From Desulfurococcales archaeon (GTDB lineage: Archaea > Thermoproteota > Thermoprotei_A > Sulfolobales > NBVN01), in NCBI GenBank assembly GCA_015521325.1, contig WAOK01000002.1:70756-134755 (forward strand): 64,000 nt of DNA. Reading direction: 5' to 3'. This document shows, one piece after another, positions 1-8,473 of the stretch. Position 1 is the stretch's first letter; each line of letters starts with the position of its first letter. Made by a program: the position numbers and the translations under genes. The notes beneath the pieces were generated by a model. It had not been told where the DNA came from. It was given only the letters and a program-made list of their open reading frames with translations, and searched no databases.

Positions 1-330
1 TATGAGGTCCCTAGCCCTTGCCTCGCTCATGGGCCATGGCTTGCCGTATGGCCCCCTCCACCCGATCACGTCACCGGGTGAGAGACTCGTTAGGACTGTT
101 GTTACCTTACCAACGCGCCTGACTGTGTGCTCTATGACCCCGTCCCTTATCCCGCTAAAGGATATGGCCGACTCACCCACGAGGGGGGCGTAGAGCATCG
201 CGAACTGACCTGGCTCGGGGGTCTTCTGTGGGGAGACCCTCATGACGAGGGTCACTGTGTCCTCGGTCTCTTTGATGACGTCCGTTATAACCGCTTTTAC
301 GGGCGTGAGTTTGTGTGTGACTGTCTCCAT
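1..330 (-). CDS. FAD/NAD(P)-binding oxidoreductase, PyrK/AsrB/sulfhydrogenase-gamma-like (N-terminal part only; gene runs off the left edge)
   Basis: Own reverse-strand translation from ATG at 330-328 gives METVTHKLTPVKAVITDVIKETEDTVTLVMRVSPQKTPEPGQFAMLYAPLVGESAISFSG...GDVIGWRGPYGKPW, with no stop down to position 1. GQF...SxS and GPYG motifs match a ferredoxin-reductase-type FAD barrel. Its start overlaps the stop of the upstream gene (TGATG). Not in the ORF track because it touches the window edge. Confidence 0.6.
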   Translation of the reverse strand, partial: METVTHKLTPVKAVITDVIKETEDTVTLVMRVSPQKTPEPGQFAMLYAPLVGESAISFSGIRDGVIEHTVRRVGKVTTVLTSLSPGDVIGWRGPYGKPWPMSEARARDLI

Positions 331-1307
331 CACTTCCTAATCACCTCCTTTACGGCCGTTATGATGCCCACGTTGAATGGGCAGAGTGAAGTGCACCTCC
401 CGCACCCTACGCACCCCGTTGTCCCGAACTGCTCGCGCCACCACACCAGCTTGTGCATCACGAACTGCCTGAGCCTCGCCGGTATCTTCTCTCTCGGGTT
501 GTGTGAGGCCATGGCGGCGAAGTAGAGGGAGAGGCAGGTGTCCCACACCACTACTCTGCCGCCCTCATCGGGGCCCTCATGTACCTCCCTTATGTCGAAG
601 CAGAAGCAGGTCGGGCACGATATCGAACAGGAACCACAACCGGCACAGTTCTTTGATGCTCTCTCCCAATCCTCCCAGGTTGCTTTGTTCAGCTTATCTG
701 CGTGGAGATGTGGTGAGGGCGTAATCGTGGCGTTCTTTATCGCTTGATTTATTATGTCATTGTATGCCTCGAGCGCTTCCTTAGGCGCTAACTCGTCAAT
801 ACCCACCGATACAAGAAGTGCTTTACCTTTCTCGGTCAGTGGTCTTACTAGGAACCCTTTGCCGAGCCGCATATAGGCTATGTCACCGACTTTAGCATCC
901 GGTCCTGTCCCAGCATCGGCACAGAAACATGTTGGCGAGGGATTAGGGCATTCCTCAACGATCATGAAGAGTTGGTTGAGCTTCTCCGTGATGAGCGTAG
1001 GTGAGAACATCGATACTCTTCTTAGAATCTCTATAGCGAAAGCATCACACGGCCTTATACCCACTAACGCTATCGGGGTCTTATCCGGCTCAACATATTC
1101 GAAATTCGTGCCCTTAACTCTCAGAATAAGGGACGGTGTCTTCCGCAGGACGTGCTTCGGCGGTACTGGAGGAGGTGTTGGGGGCTCACTGAAATAGCCC
1201 TCAACCTCTATCCACCCCCACTCGCTGGGCGCGTAGGTTACGTAGCCGTTACTTCTTAGCTTCTTTATCACCCTGTCAAGGAAGTCTGAACCTGCGTAGT
1301 AGATCAC
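330..1307 (-). CDS. 4Fe-4S dicluster protein, AsrA / sulfhydrogenase-beta-like
   Basis: 325 aa. Cys clusters CAGCGSCSISCPTCFC and CVGCGRCTSLCPFNVGI. Translationally coupled to the PyrK-like gene downstream, the classic beta-gamma pairing of sulfhydrogenase/anaerobic sulfite reductase. GTG start preceded by GGTGAT. Confidence 0.65.
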   Translation of the reverse strand: MIYYAGSDFLDRVIKKLRSNGYVTYAPSEWGWIEVEGYFSEPPTPPPVPPKHVLRKTPSLILRVKGTNFEYVEPDKTPIALVGIRPCDAFAIEILRRVSMFSPTLITEKLNQLFMIVEECPNPSPTCFCADAGTGPDAKVGDIAYMRLGKGFLVRPLTEKGKALLVSVGIDELAPKEALEAYNDIINQAIKNATITPSPHLHADKLNKATWEDWERASKNCAGCGSCSISCPTCFCFDIREVHEGPDEGGRVVVWDTCLSLYFAAMASHNPREKIPARLRQFVMHKLVWWREQFGTTGCVGCGRCTSLCPFNVGIITAVKEVIRK

Positions 1308-1501
1308 TCCCTCTCATCACCAATCATCACTTAATTTATGTAATTAAAAACTTCACTAACATATGCAGTATGATCCGATCTTTATTTACACACAACAATA
1401 TTTCACCCTTTAATATATCGCCTCGAAAGAAACCCATCGTCAGTGATACAGAATCGAGGAGCACCTACACAAAATATTTAGAAAATTATTATGTCGTTGT
1501 T

Positions 1502-2635
1502 CTATTGCGTCAACGCCCTGATAGGGCGGAATGAGTCCAAGATACTGTGCTTAATACCTCTACTAACTTCATCAGCGATTAGCTCCGCTACGTATGGAGC
1601 AGTGCTGAGTCCATAGTCGTTGAACCCGAAAGCGTAGTATACTAAGTGCTCAGCGTTCGGCGACCAGCCAATTATTGGGAGCTTATCAGCAGTTACATCG
1701 ACGTAGGCACCCCATACCCTTAAGATATTGACTGCCTTCATGACGGGCATAAGTTTGACGGTTATTGTGCTGGCTTTCTCTATGAACTCGATACTATCGC
1801 TGGTGTCTAGGTCGGGGTTTTCGCTCTTCATATCATCTATCGTCGCCACGAACTCCCTCCTGACTGTCTGCGTGAATCTGTAGGAGTACTTGATGACGCG
1901 CACCGTCGCCTTCATAACGTACCTGAATGGCTCTGTCACTAAGCCGCCTGCATAGTGCGGTTTGACGAATCCGTTGAAGCGATCGCCGAGGCTCGAGGCA
2001 AGGCTCGGCGTTGCCGCCCCAGCTGCTAGAACCACTGCATCAGCTACGTACCTCCTGCCATTACTCGTTACTACAGTGACCGAGTCACCCTCGCGCTCTA
2101 TCCTCGCTACCTCCTCGTACGTCCTTGTCTCGGCCCCATTCAGTCTGGCCGCAGCAATCGATGCCCACGTGACCGGGTGCGGCATCGCCTTGTAATCCTT
2201 CGGTGTTATGAAAGCAGCCCTAATGGCATCAGTATTGAGGAAGGGGACATATTCGGTGATCCTCTCTGCATCAGCCTTAACTACCTCTGCCCCACTACCT
2301 GACCATACGCGTGCGTCTCTCTCCAATCTTTCTGCGTCATCATCACTTAGAGCCACAGCAATGTGCGGGCTCTCATCATCCATAAAGCGATATGCGAACG
2401 GAATACGCAGCTCAATAAACCTCCTCTTGAGTTCCTTAACCCTCTCTATGCTCTTTAGCGCTGCTCTAACGAGCACTGGGTGATGCTGTTGGGCCGTGAA
2501 GGACCCTGTTGACCTCCCTGTGGAGCCGTACGTGAAGTATTTCTTGTCGAGGAGCGTTACCTTGACACCCCTCTCAGTTAGGTAGTAAGCTGTTAGCGCA
2601 CCAACTATCCCGCCGCCTACTACGACAACCCTCAT
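1502..2635 (-). CDS. FAD-dependent oxidoreductase (DAO family), L-proline dehydrogenase / sarcosine oxidase beta-like
   Basis: 377 aa. N-terminal Rossmann motif VVVVGGGIVGALTAYYL. Last gene of a 4-gene overlapping operon with 2Fe-2S, 4Fe-4S and NAD(FAD) oxidoreductase subunits. Confidence 0.7.
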   Translation of the reverse strand: MRVVVVGGGIVGALTAYYLTERGVKVTLLDKKYFTYGSTGRSTGSFTAQQHHPVLVRAALKSIERVKELKRRFIELRIPFAYRFMDDESPHIAVALSDDDAERLERDARVWSGSGAEVVKADAERITEYVPFLNTDAIRAAFITPKDYKAMPHPVTWASIAAARLNGAETRTYEEVARIEREGDSVTVVTSNGRRYVADAVVLAAGAATPSLASSLGDRFNGFVKPHYAGGLVTEPFRYVMKATVRVIKYSYRFTQTVRREFVATIDDMKSENPDLDTSDSIEFIEKASTITVKLMPVMKAVNILRVWGAYVDVTADKLPIIGWSPNAEHLVYYAFGFNDYGLSTAPYVAELIADEVSRGIKHSILDSFRPIRALTQ

Positions 2636-2958
2636 TCTTTCAGCACCTCCGGGTTATAGAACAAGCCCATCGGAACCGGCTGGAGCGGGGGCCTCTTCCT
2701 CGGCACTAACCTATCCATGTCGAGGCTCATCCCCAGCTCCCTCATACCCTTAGCTAAGTACCTCTGCATGTGCTGGAGGCATCCCCTCCCCTGGCAGTAC
2801 CCGGTCGTTGCACCACTCATCCTCCTGTAGGTGTCCGGGTCAGCAGTGCCCAGGAACCTCACCATGACCTTGAACGCCATCAGCATCTCCTCCTCCGTTA
2901 TGTCCATACACCTGCACACTATCGCCGGGTGACCCCTTGCCTTGTCCTCACTCATCAC
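2632..2958 (-). CDS. Small BFD-like [2Fe-2S]-binding subunit (delta-like)
   Basis: 108 aa. CRC...(x)...CQGRGC pattern typical of the BFD-like 2Fe-2S domain. 4-nt overlap with the beta-like gene. Confidence 0.6.
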   Translation of the reverse strand: MMSEDKARGHPAIVCRCMDITEEEMLMAFKVMVRFLGTADPDTYRRMSGATTGYCQGRGCLQHMQRYLAKGMRELGMSLDMDRLVPRKRPPLQPVPMGLFYNPEVLKE

Positions 2959-3481
2959 GAACCACCTCCACGAACTTGACCTCTAAGGCAATCTCCTTGG
3001 GAACGACCACGTTTACGAGAACCGTACCGTACTTGTAACTCCTGATCACAGAGAACACCTCGCCCTCACCCAAGTACCTATGCCCCCTATCGTACAGCGC
3101 CACCTTCTCACCCTTCTTCGGTATAGGGAGTATCTCGTAAGGCACGCTCACCAGCGCCTTCGTCGGATCCTTCAGCACCCTCTTGCCGAACGGTATGTTC
3201 ACTATGGTTATGGCGAGGCCGGGGCACGCCTGAGCGCAGAGGGTGCATCCCGTGCAGGCCTCCCAGTTCACCCTGGGCTTGTCATTCATTGTCGGCATGA
3301 TCACGGCACCTGTCGGGCAGGCGTCCCGGCAAGGCGTGCACGGTATCTCCTCTATGCAGTCGAATATCGGTACCGCCCTAGACTCCAGCACCTCGTCCGG
3401 CGGTATATTGCCGTGCCTCCTCAGATCCTCGAGGGTCACGTAGCCGGACTCGAGTGTCTTCTGCTCCTCTAGCTCGGGCAT
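2948..3481 (-). CDS. 2x[4Fe-4S] ferredoxin-like subunit (gamma-like)
   Basis: 177 aa. Motifs CIEEIPCTPCRDACP and CTGCTLCAQACP. Overlaps both neighbouring genes. Confidence 0.6.
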   Translation of the reverse strand: MPELEEQKTLESGYVTLEDLRRHGNIPPDEVLESRAVPIFDCIEEIPCTPCRDACPTGAVIMPTMNDKPRVNWEACTGCTLCAQACPGLAITIVNIPFGKRVLKDPTKALVSVPYEILPIPKKGEKVALYDRGHRYLGEGEVFSVIRSYKYGTVLVNVVVPKEIALEVKFVEVVRDE

Positions 3482-4803
3482 TATGAGGCACCCCCCTCGA
3501 GTGTTACCTTAAACAAGCCCTCACGTATGCGCCTGTAGTGGGGGCTTGAGCGGAACTCATCCAACCACCTAATGGTTTCCTTCATCTTTTTGACGTGTTC
3601 ATCACCGCCGAGCCCTGCCCTCATTGCCGCGGCTATGCCTGCCACCCTCCCCTCCATCATCGCTGTGCTGGCCTCCTCGATGCAGGACGCGTCACCAGCG
3701 ACGAATACCCCGGGGACTGTTGTTTCGAGGTTCCTGTGCCTCATGGGGACGTAGCCGCCGAGTTCGGGGACGAACTTTATGCCTGCTTCCATCAGCTCCA
3801 GTACCTCGATGCTTGGTGTGAGGCCGACGGCCAGCCACACACCGTCAACCTCGATGTCTACCTCGCTCCCTTTTATTGGGCGGTAGTTGTCGTCGACTTT
3901 GTAGATTGTCGCTCCCTCCACTCTTCCCTTGCCGTAGGCCTCCCTAATTGTGTGCCTCATCAGTATCGGTATCCCCATCCTCCTTATCTTGGAGGAGTGT
4001 ACTAGGTATGCTGCCGATTTCTTCGCTATGTCTATGACGGCCTTGACCCTGATCCCTGCCTGAACCGCTTGATACGCGACTATCACGCCGACGTTGCCCG
4101 CACCTATTATTAGCGGTTCATTCGCTGGCCTTATCCCGAACACGTTCATGAGTGTCTGGGCGGCCCCAGCACCCATAACACCGGGGAGGTCGTTTCCGGG
4201 GAACACGAGGCTCCTCTCCATGGCGCCTGTGGCAACGATTATTGACCTCGCCCTTATCCGGAGGAGGGTATACCTCCCTAAGCCCTCTGTCCTGAACGCC
4301 GCTAAGGAGCCTTCCCTTTTGAAGTAGCCTATCACCTGGGTTGAGGGCATTACATCGACGTTCTCCCTCTCCTTTAGCTTGTCTGTAAGCATCTTCGCTA
4401 TCTCGAACCCCCTCATCCCTGCGAAGGTCTCCTTAGTTCCGAAGAACTTGTGTGTCTGCTTCACGAGCTGCCCTCCGGGCACAGGTGACTGATCCATGAC
4501 AAGGACCCTCGCACCCATGCTAGACGCCTCCAGGGCGGCGCTAAGGCCTGCAGGGCCTGCACCAATTACGGCTATGTCGTACTCGAGGTCCTCTCTCTTT
4601 ACGAGCATCTCCTTAGTTGGTAAGGGCAATTCCGCGTCGTGGCCCTCTTCGTACTCAACGATCATGCCATCCTCTACCGGTGTTATGCACGTCCTTACGT
4701 GCGGGTAGCCGTTCACTCTCATGAGGCACTGGCTGCACTTACCTATCATACAGAACGGGCCCCTCGGTCTGTGTCTCTCGGCTGAGTACCCGAACTTTAT
4801 CAC
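3481..4803 (-). CDS. Pyridine nucleotide-disulfide-type FAD/NAD oxidoreductase with N-terminal 2Fe-2S domain (proline dehydrogenase/sarcosine oxidase alpha-like, HcnB-like); the N-terminus is problematic
   Basis: 440 aa from the GTG at 4803. Motifs: VIGAGPAGLSAA (FAD), IIGAGNVGVIVA (NAD), Cys cluster CMIGKCSQC...RTC. The same frame stays open 46 more codons, up to a TGA at 4942-4944, and encodes VLKFDRGRPIIINFNGKPVKAFETETVAAALYASG, which looks like the conserved N-terminus. No ATG/GTG/TTG is in frame there (see finding). Confidence 0.7.
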   Translation of the reverse strand: MIKFGYSAERHRPRGPFCMIGKCSQCLMRVNGYPHVRTCITPVEDGMIVEYEEGHDAELPLPTKEMLVKREDLEYDIAVIGAGPAGLSAALEASSMGARVLVMDQSPVPGGQLVKQTHKFFGTKETFAGMRGFEIAKMLTDKLKERENVDVMPSTQVIGYFKREGSLAAFRTEGLGRYTLLRIRARSIIVATGAMERSLVFPGNDLPGVMGAGAAQTLMNVFGIRPANEPLIIGAGNVGVIVAYQAVQAGIRVKAVIDIAKKSAAYLVHSSKIRRMGIPILMRHTIREAYGKGRVEGATIYKVDDNYRPIKGSEVDIEVDGVWLAVGLTPSIEVLELMEAGIKFVPELGGYVPMRHRNLETTVPGVFVAGDASCIEEASTAMMEGRVAGIAAAMRAGLGGDEHVKKMKETIRWLDEFRSSPHYRRIREGLFKVTLEGGAS

Positions 4804-4921
4804 GCCGGAGGCGTAGAGTGCTGCCGCAACGGTCTCAGTTTCGAACGCCTTGACCGGCTTCCCGTTGAAGTTTATTATTATTGGGCGGCCCCTGTCAAAC
4901 TTCAGTACCGGGTGCTCGTAT

Positions 4922-4937
4922 ATTCGTCTATCCGTCT
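4922..4937 (-). repeat. Imperfect 8-bp tandem direct repeat (AGACGGAT AGACGAAT on the coding strand) directly after a TTG preceded by GAGGAGGTGA
   Basis: Reverse strand reads GAGGAGGTGAG TTG AGACGGAT AGACGAAT ATACGAGCACCCG. Removing either 8-nt copy puts the TTG (4940-4938) in frame and gives MRRIYEHPVLKFDRGRP... Confidence 0.7.
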
Positions 4938-5098
4938 CAACTCACCTCCTCAGCGATCTCGAAACAGATGTGATCGGTAAAATTAATTCGTTTAGCCCTA
5001 GATCAGTGCTCAACTAGAGTTTATGTGCCGTATTAACTTAGAATTATTAATCAACTGATTTAGCCTACCCCCAAACAGTATTTTTCGAGGAATGAAGC

Positions 5099-6076
5099 AT
5101 GGCCGTATTTGGGGCTGCACTCGTCGGCTCTTACCCCAGAAGCGAGAAGGTTGCTAGCATACACAGAAAATTCTTGAAGGGCGCCATAGAGGCAGAGGAG
5201 TTCGAGCGCTTAATAGGTGCCGAAACCGAGAAACTCATAAAGTTCTTTGTTCGGACGGGGCTTAACACCTTCACTGACGGCATGCTCAGGTGGGACGATA
5301 TATTCAACCCCCTCATAAGGTTCGTGGACGGTGTCGAAGTGAATGGGTTAGTCAGGTTCTACGACAACAACTTCTTCTTCAGGGCGCCCATCATAAAGTC
5401 CGACCCCGTTATCAAGGAAGGCGCACCGATAACGGCTTGGTGTAGGAAAGGGGTTGATGTGCTTGAGGGGCTCAGAGCTAGGGATCGGGTGACACTGAAG
5501 CAACCCCTGCCTGGACCAGCAACCCTTGCCTCTGCCTCAATCGCTGAGGGCGTAAGCGTTGAGGAACTCATTGAGAAGTGGTGGAGCGGAGTGCTCGAGC
5601 CGCTCGCTAAAGAACTAATTAAGGAAGGCTGTGTCCCGGAATTCCATGAGCCGGAGGTTGTCTGGGATCCCTCTAAGAAGGATTTGTGGGCTAGGGCCGC
5701 CGAGCTCATCGCGGGTATCGGGAAGGGCTGGTATGTCACGTACTTCCGCCCAGCCGACCCCGTATCCGACGTGCTTGGGAAGCTCGGCGAGGGTTTCGTC
5801 GTTGCTGTTGACTTAGTCTCAGGGACTGGATTAGAGAATGTTATAGGTGCTGGTGTGAAGCGCCTGGCACTCGGCGCTGTAGATGGGAGAAACACGAAGA
5901 TGGAGAGATGCAGAACTCTCGTTTCTCTGGCGAAGAATGCTGTGGAGAAGGGTGCAGTTGAGGTCTTCGTTACTAATAATACCCTGCTTGACTTCTTGCC
6001 CGAACCCGTTGCTAGGAAGAAAGTAAGGCTTCTTGGCAGAGTAAGGAAGAGGCTCGCGCGTGAGTCGGGGGTGTGA
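5099..6076 (+). CDS. Cobalamin-independent methionine synthase, N-terminal-domain-like protein (non-catalytic half of split MetE)
   Basis: 325 aa. It has the GSYPRS motif shared with the MetE fold but lacks the HxC/PDCG zinc ligands. It sits 3 nt upstream of the catalytic MetE-like gene. Confidence 0.6.
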   Translation: MAVFGAALVGSYPRSEKVASIHRKFLKGAIEAEEFERLIGAETEKLIKFFVRTGLNTFTDGMLRWDDIFNPLIRFVDGVEVNGLVRFYDNNFFFRAPIIKSDPVIKEGAPITAWCRKGVDVLEGLRARDRVTLKQPLPGPATLASASIAEGVSVEELIEKWWSGVLEPLAKELIKEGCVPEFHEPEVVWDPSKKDLWARAAELIAGIGKGWYVTYFRPADPVSDVLGKLGEGFVVAVDLVSGTGLENVIGAGVKRLALGAVDGRNTKMERCRTLVSLAKNAVEKGAVEVFVTNNTLLDFLPEPVARKKVRLLGRVRKRLARESGV

Positions 6077-6079
6077 GGT

Positions 6080-7111
6080 ATGGTGTGGAGGAAGGTAGAG
6101 CTCCCCGTCCTTCCGACAACCGTGATCGGTTCCTACCCAAGGCCTAAGTGGCTGAGGGAGTTCATCGCTGGCTACAGAGAGGGTAGGTATAAGGAGGAGC
6201 AGATGAGGGAGGCGTTCGATGACGCTGTGATAGCGGTGCTCAACGACCATAGGGAGGCGGGCGTCGACATACCGACTGATGGGGAGATGAGGAGGGACGA
6301 GATGGTCGAGTACTTCGCTGAGAGGATTGAGGGCTTCAAGTTCTACGGCCCTGTGAGGGTCTGGGGTAATAACTACTTCCGCAAACCGGCAGTGGTCTCT
6401 AGGCTGAGGTATAGGGGCCCGATGGTTGTGGATGAGTACCTCTTCACTAAGAAGGTGACGTATTCAGATATCGTCAAGGTGACGATCACTGGGCCATACA
6501 CCATTGCTGATTGGTCATTTAATGAGTACTACCCAAGCAAGGAGGAGCTCGCGTTCGAGATAGCTAGGATCATAAATAAGGAGATAAAGGCGCTTGAGGA
6601 GGCGGGGGCCATATACGTTCAGGTCGATGAGCCGGCCCTAACGACTCATCCCGAGGAAATAGGGTGGGCTGTTGAGGCAGTGAACGAGGCCGTTAAAGGC
6701 GTGAATATAAAGGTAGGGCTTCACGTCTGCTACAGCGACTACAATATCCTCAAACCCTATTACGACAGGCTCAATGTCTCCCAATTCGCTCTGGAGTTCG
6801 CTAATAGGGGGTTCAGGGATCTAGATGTGCTGAAAGGTCTCAACAAGGAACTCGGCTTCGGCGTCGTCGATGTGCACAGCAGGAGGGTGGAGACACCGGA
6901 GGAGGTCGCCGCCGCTATAAGGAAAGTCATGGAGTACGTACCGCCTGAGTGCCTCTTCATAAACCCCGACTGCGGACTGAAGCTCCTGCCAAGAAAGATA
7001 GCGAAGCAGAAGCTAAAGGCCATGGTCGAGGGCACGAGAATCATTAGGCAAGAACTAAGGAAGAGGGGACTCGAGAGGATCGAGTTAAGAAAGGATCTCA
7101 CGTGCCCATAA
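6080..7111 (+). CDS. metE: Cobalamin-independent methionine synthase, catalytic (C-terminal-domain type)
   Basis: 343 aa. Motifs [20 protein letters not shown] (His-x-Cys zinc ligands) and NPDCGLK (Cys ligand). Confidence 0.8.
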   Translation: MVWRKVELPVLPTTVIGSYPRPKWLREFIAGYREGRYKEEQMREAFDDAVIAVLNDHREAGVDIPTDGEMRRDEMVEYFAERIEGFKFYGPVRVWGNNYFRKPAVVSRLRYRGPMVVDEYLFTKKVTYSDIVKVTITGPYTIADWSFNEYYPSKEELAFEIARIINKEIKALEEAGAIYVQVDEPALTTHPEEIGWAVEAVNEAVKGVNIKVGLHVCYSDYNILKPYYDRLNVSQFALEFANRGFRDLDVLKGLNKELGFGVVDVHSRRVETPEEVAAAIRKVMEYVPPECLFINPDCGLKLLPRKIAKQKLKAMVEGTRIIRQELRKRGLERIELRKDLTCP

Positions 7112-7112
7112 G

Positions 7113-7679
7113 GTGGGCTCTATGGCAAGAAGGGCCGTAATAGTTACCGAGGACGGGGTCGACGACCTTGAAGCGCTCTACGCCTACTACAGGCTCAGGG
7201 AGGAGGGGTACGAGGTTCTCGTAGCGGCTGCGAGAAAGTACGGAAAGTACCTAGTTATCTCCGAGCGCGGCGAGCCCGTTCCGGAGAAAAGGATCCTCAC
7301 AACGAAGCATGGCATAGGGCTCGCTGTCGACTTGACATTCTCGGAGGCGCTTGAGATGGAGTGGGACGCCCTGATACTCCCGGGTGGGAGGGGACCCGAC
7401 AGGGCCAGGAGGTACAGGGATGCCGTAGAACTGGTTAGGAAGCTCGTCACCGCCGGTGTCCCGACAGCGGCAATATGTCACGGTCCCCAGCTACTCATAT
7501 CCGCCGGCGTCTTAAGGGGGAGGAGGGTCACCGGGTACTGGGGTATACGTGACGACCTCATTAACGCGGGTGCTGTGTACGTGGATAAAGACGTGGTCGT
7601 TGACGGGAACCTCGTAACCGCCAGGCACACGACCTTCGTTGCTGAGTGGATGCGTGAGTTCGTTAAATTATTGAGGTAA
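7113..7679 (+). CDS. pfpI: DJ-1/PfpI family intracellular protease/deglycase
   Basis: 188 aa. Nucleophile elbow AAICHGPQLL, followed by VVDGNLVTAR. Confidence 0.8.
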   Translation: MGSMARRAVIVTEDGVDDLEALYAYYRLREEGYEVLVAAARKYGKYLVISERGEPVPEKRILTTKHGIGLAVDLTFSEALEMEWDALILPGGRGPDRARRYRDAVELVRKLVTAGVPTAAICHGPQLLISAGVLRGRRVTGYWGIRDDLINAGAVYVDKDVVVDGNLVTARHTTFVAEWMREFVKLLR

Positions 7680-7717
7680 GGCATAACGATTTCCTCCCCA
7701 AAACACGCCCTAAACAG

Positions 7718-8473
7718 ATGCGGGGTAGCGGATTGAGGCCCAGCAACTACATAACCTGCGGAAACGTCCGTGTGGCGCACTACAGGTTCTTGGAGTGCGG
7801 GAGTAGCCAGGACATTGCGAGAGATCTCAATGATGAGGGACCTGCCGCCGTTTCTTGTGACTCAATGAGTAGGGGAAGGGGGAGGCTTGGGAGGAGGTGG
7901 TACGCTGGGAGAGGCGGCGCGTGGGTAACGGTATCCGCTCGGTTACCGCCTGGATCAGCTCAGAGCGTTTTTCCTATAGCCGTTGGTGCGAGGCTGGCCG
8001 AGTGGTTGAGGAGAAGATATAATGTGAAGGTACGGGTTAAGTGGCCTAATGATCTCGTAATTGAGGACAGAAAGGTCGGGGGAGTACTGATCGAGGCAGT
8101 AACAGGTGAGGTAACCAGGGTTTTAGTCGGTGTTGGTGTGAACGTCGCCAACGATATACCCGACGAGCTGGAGCCCTACGCAACGAGACTGAGTGATTGG
8201 GTAAGCAACGTCTCTCCCGAGGAGGTCGTGGAGGGCATCGTGTGCTCAGTGATGGCAGCATTGCGGGACGTCATGGAAGGGCAGCGGGCCATACTCGATC
8301 TGTGGAGAGAGCTCTCTGCTACCTTGGGGAGAGAGGTCTGGGTCGTATTCGATGAGGGTGAGTTAAGGGGTGTGGCGATAGACATCGACGATGAAGGGGC
8401 TCTGTTGATCAGGACAGACAAAGGGATCCAAAGAGTATTAGTTGGTGACGTTATTCACCTGCGCCCTGCCTAG
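7718..8473 (+). CDS. birA: Biotin--protein ligase (group I, no HTH domain)
   Basis: 251 aa. Motifs GRGRLGRRW (GRGRxGRxW biotin/ATP loop) and KWPNDL. Confidence 0.75.
   Translation: MRGSGLRPSNYITCGNVRVAHYRFLECGSSQDIARDLNDEGPAAVSCDSMSRGRGRLGRRWYAGRGGAWVTVSARLPPGSAQSVFPIAVGARLAEWLRRRYNVKVRVKWPNDLVIEDRKVGGVLIEAVTGEVTRVLVGVGVNVANDIPDELEPYATRLSDWVSNVSPEEVVEGIVCSVMAALRDVMEGQRAILDLWRELSATLGREVWVVFDEGELRGVAIDIDDEGALLIRTDKGIQRVLVGDVIHLRPA

Noticed and set aside
1305-1335. Two UGAUGA motifs (GUGAUGAUUGGUGAUGAG on the minus strand) that looked like C/C' boxes
   Set aside because: They are only 3 nt apart, with no guide-length spacers and no CUGA D boxes. The sequence is better explained as the GGTGAT Shine-Dalgarno region of the GTG-initiated gene at 1307.
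2320-2385. Minus-strand AUGAUGA-14 nt-CUGU-8 nt-GUGAUGA-12 nt arrangement resembling a C/D sRNA
   Set aside because: There is no canonical terminal D box (AUUG at the expected place). It lies inside a CDS where GAT-GAT-GAC codons (Asp runs, SDDDAER) generate the motif by chance.
5359-5895. 178-aa minus-strand ORF
   Set aside because: It is antisense to the MetE N-domain-like gene, with S/T/P-rich shadow-frame composition.
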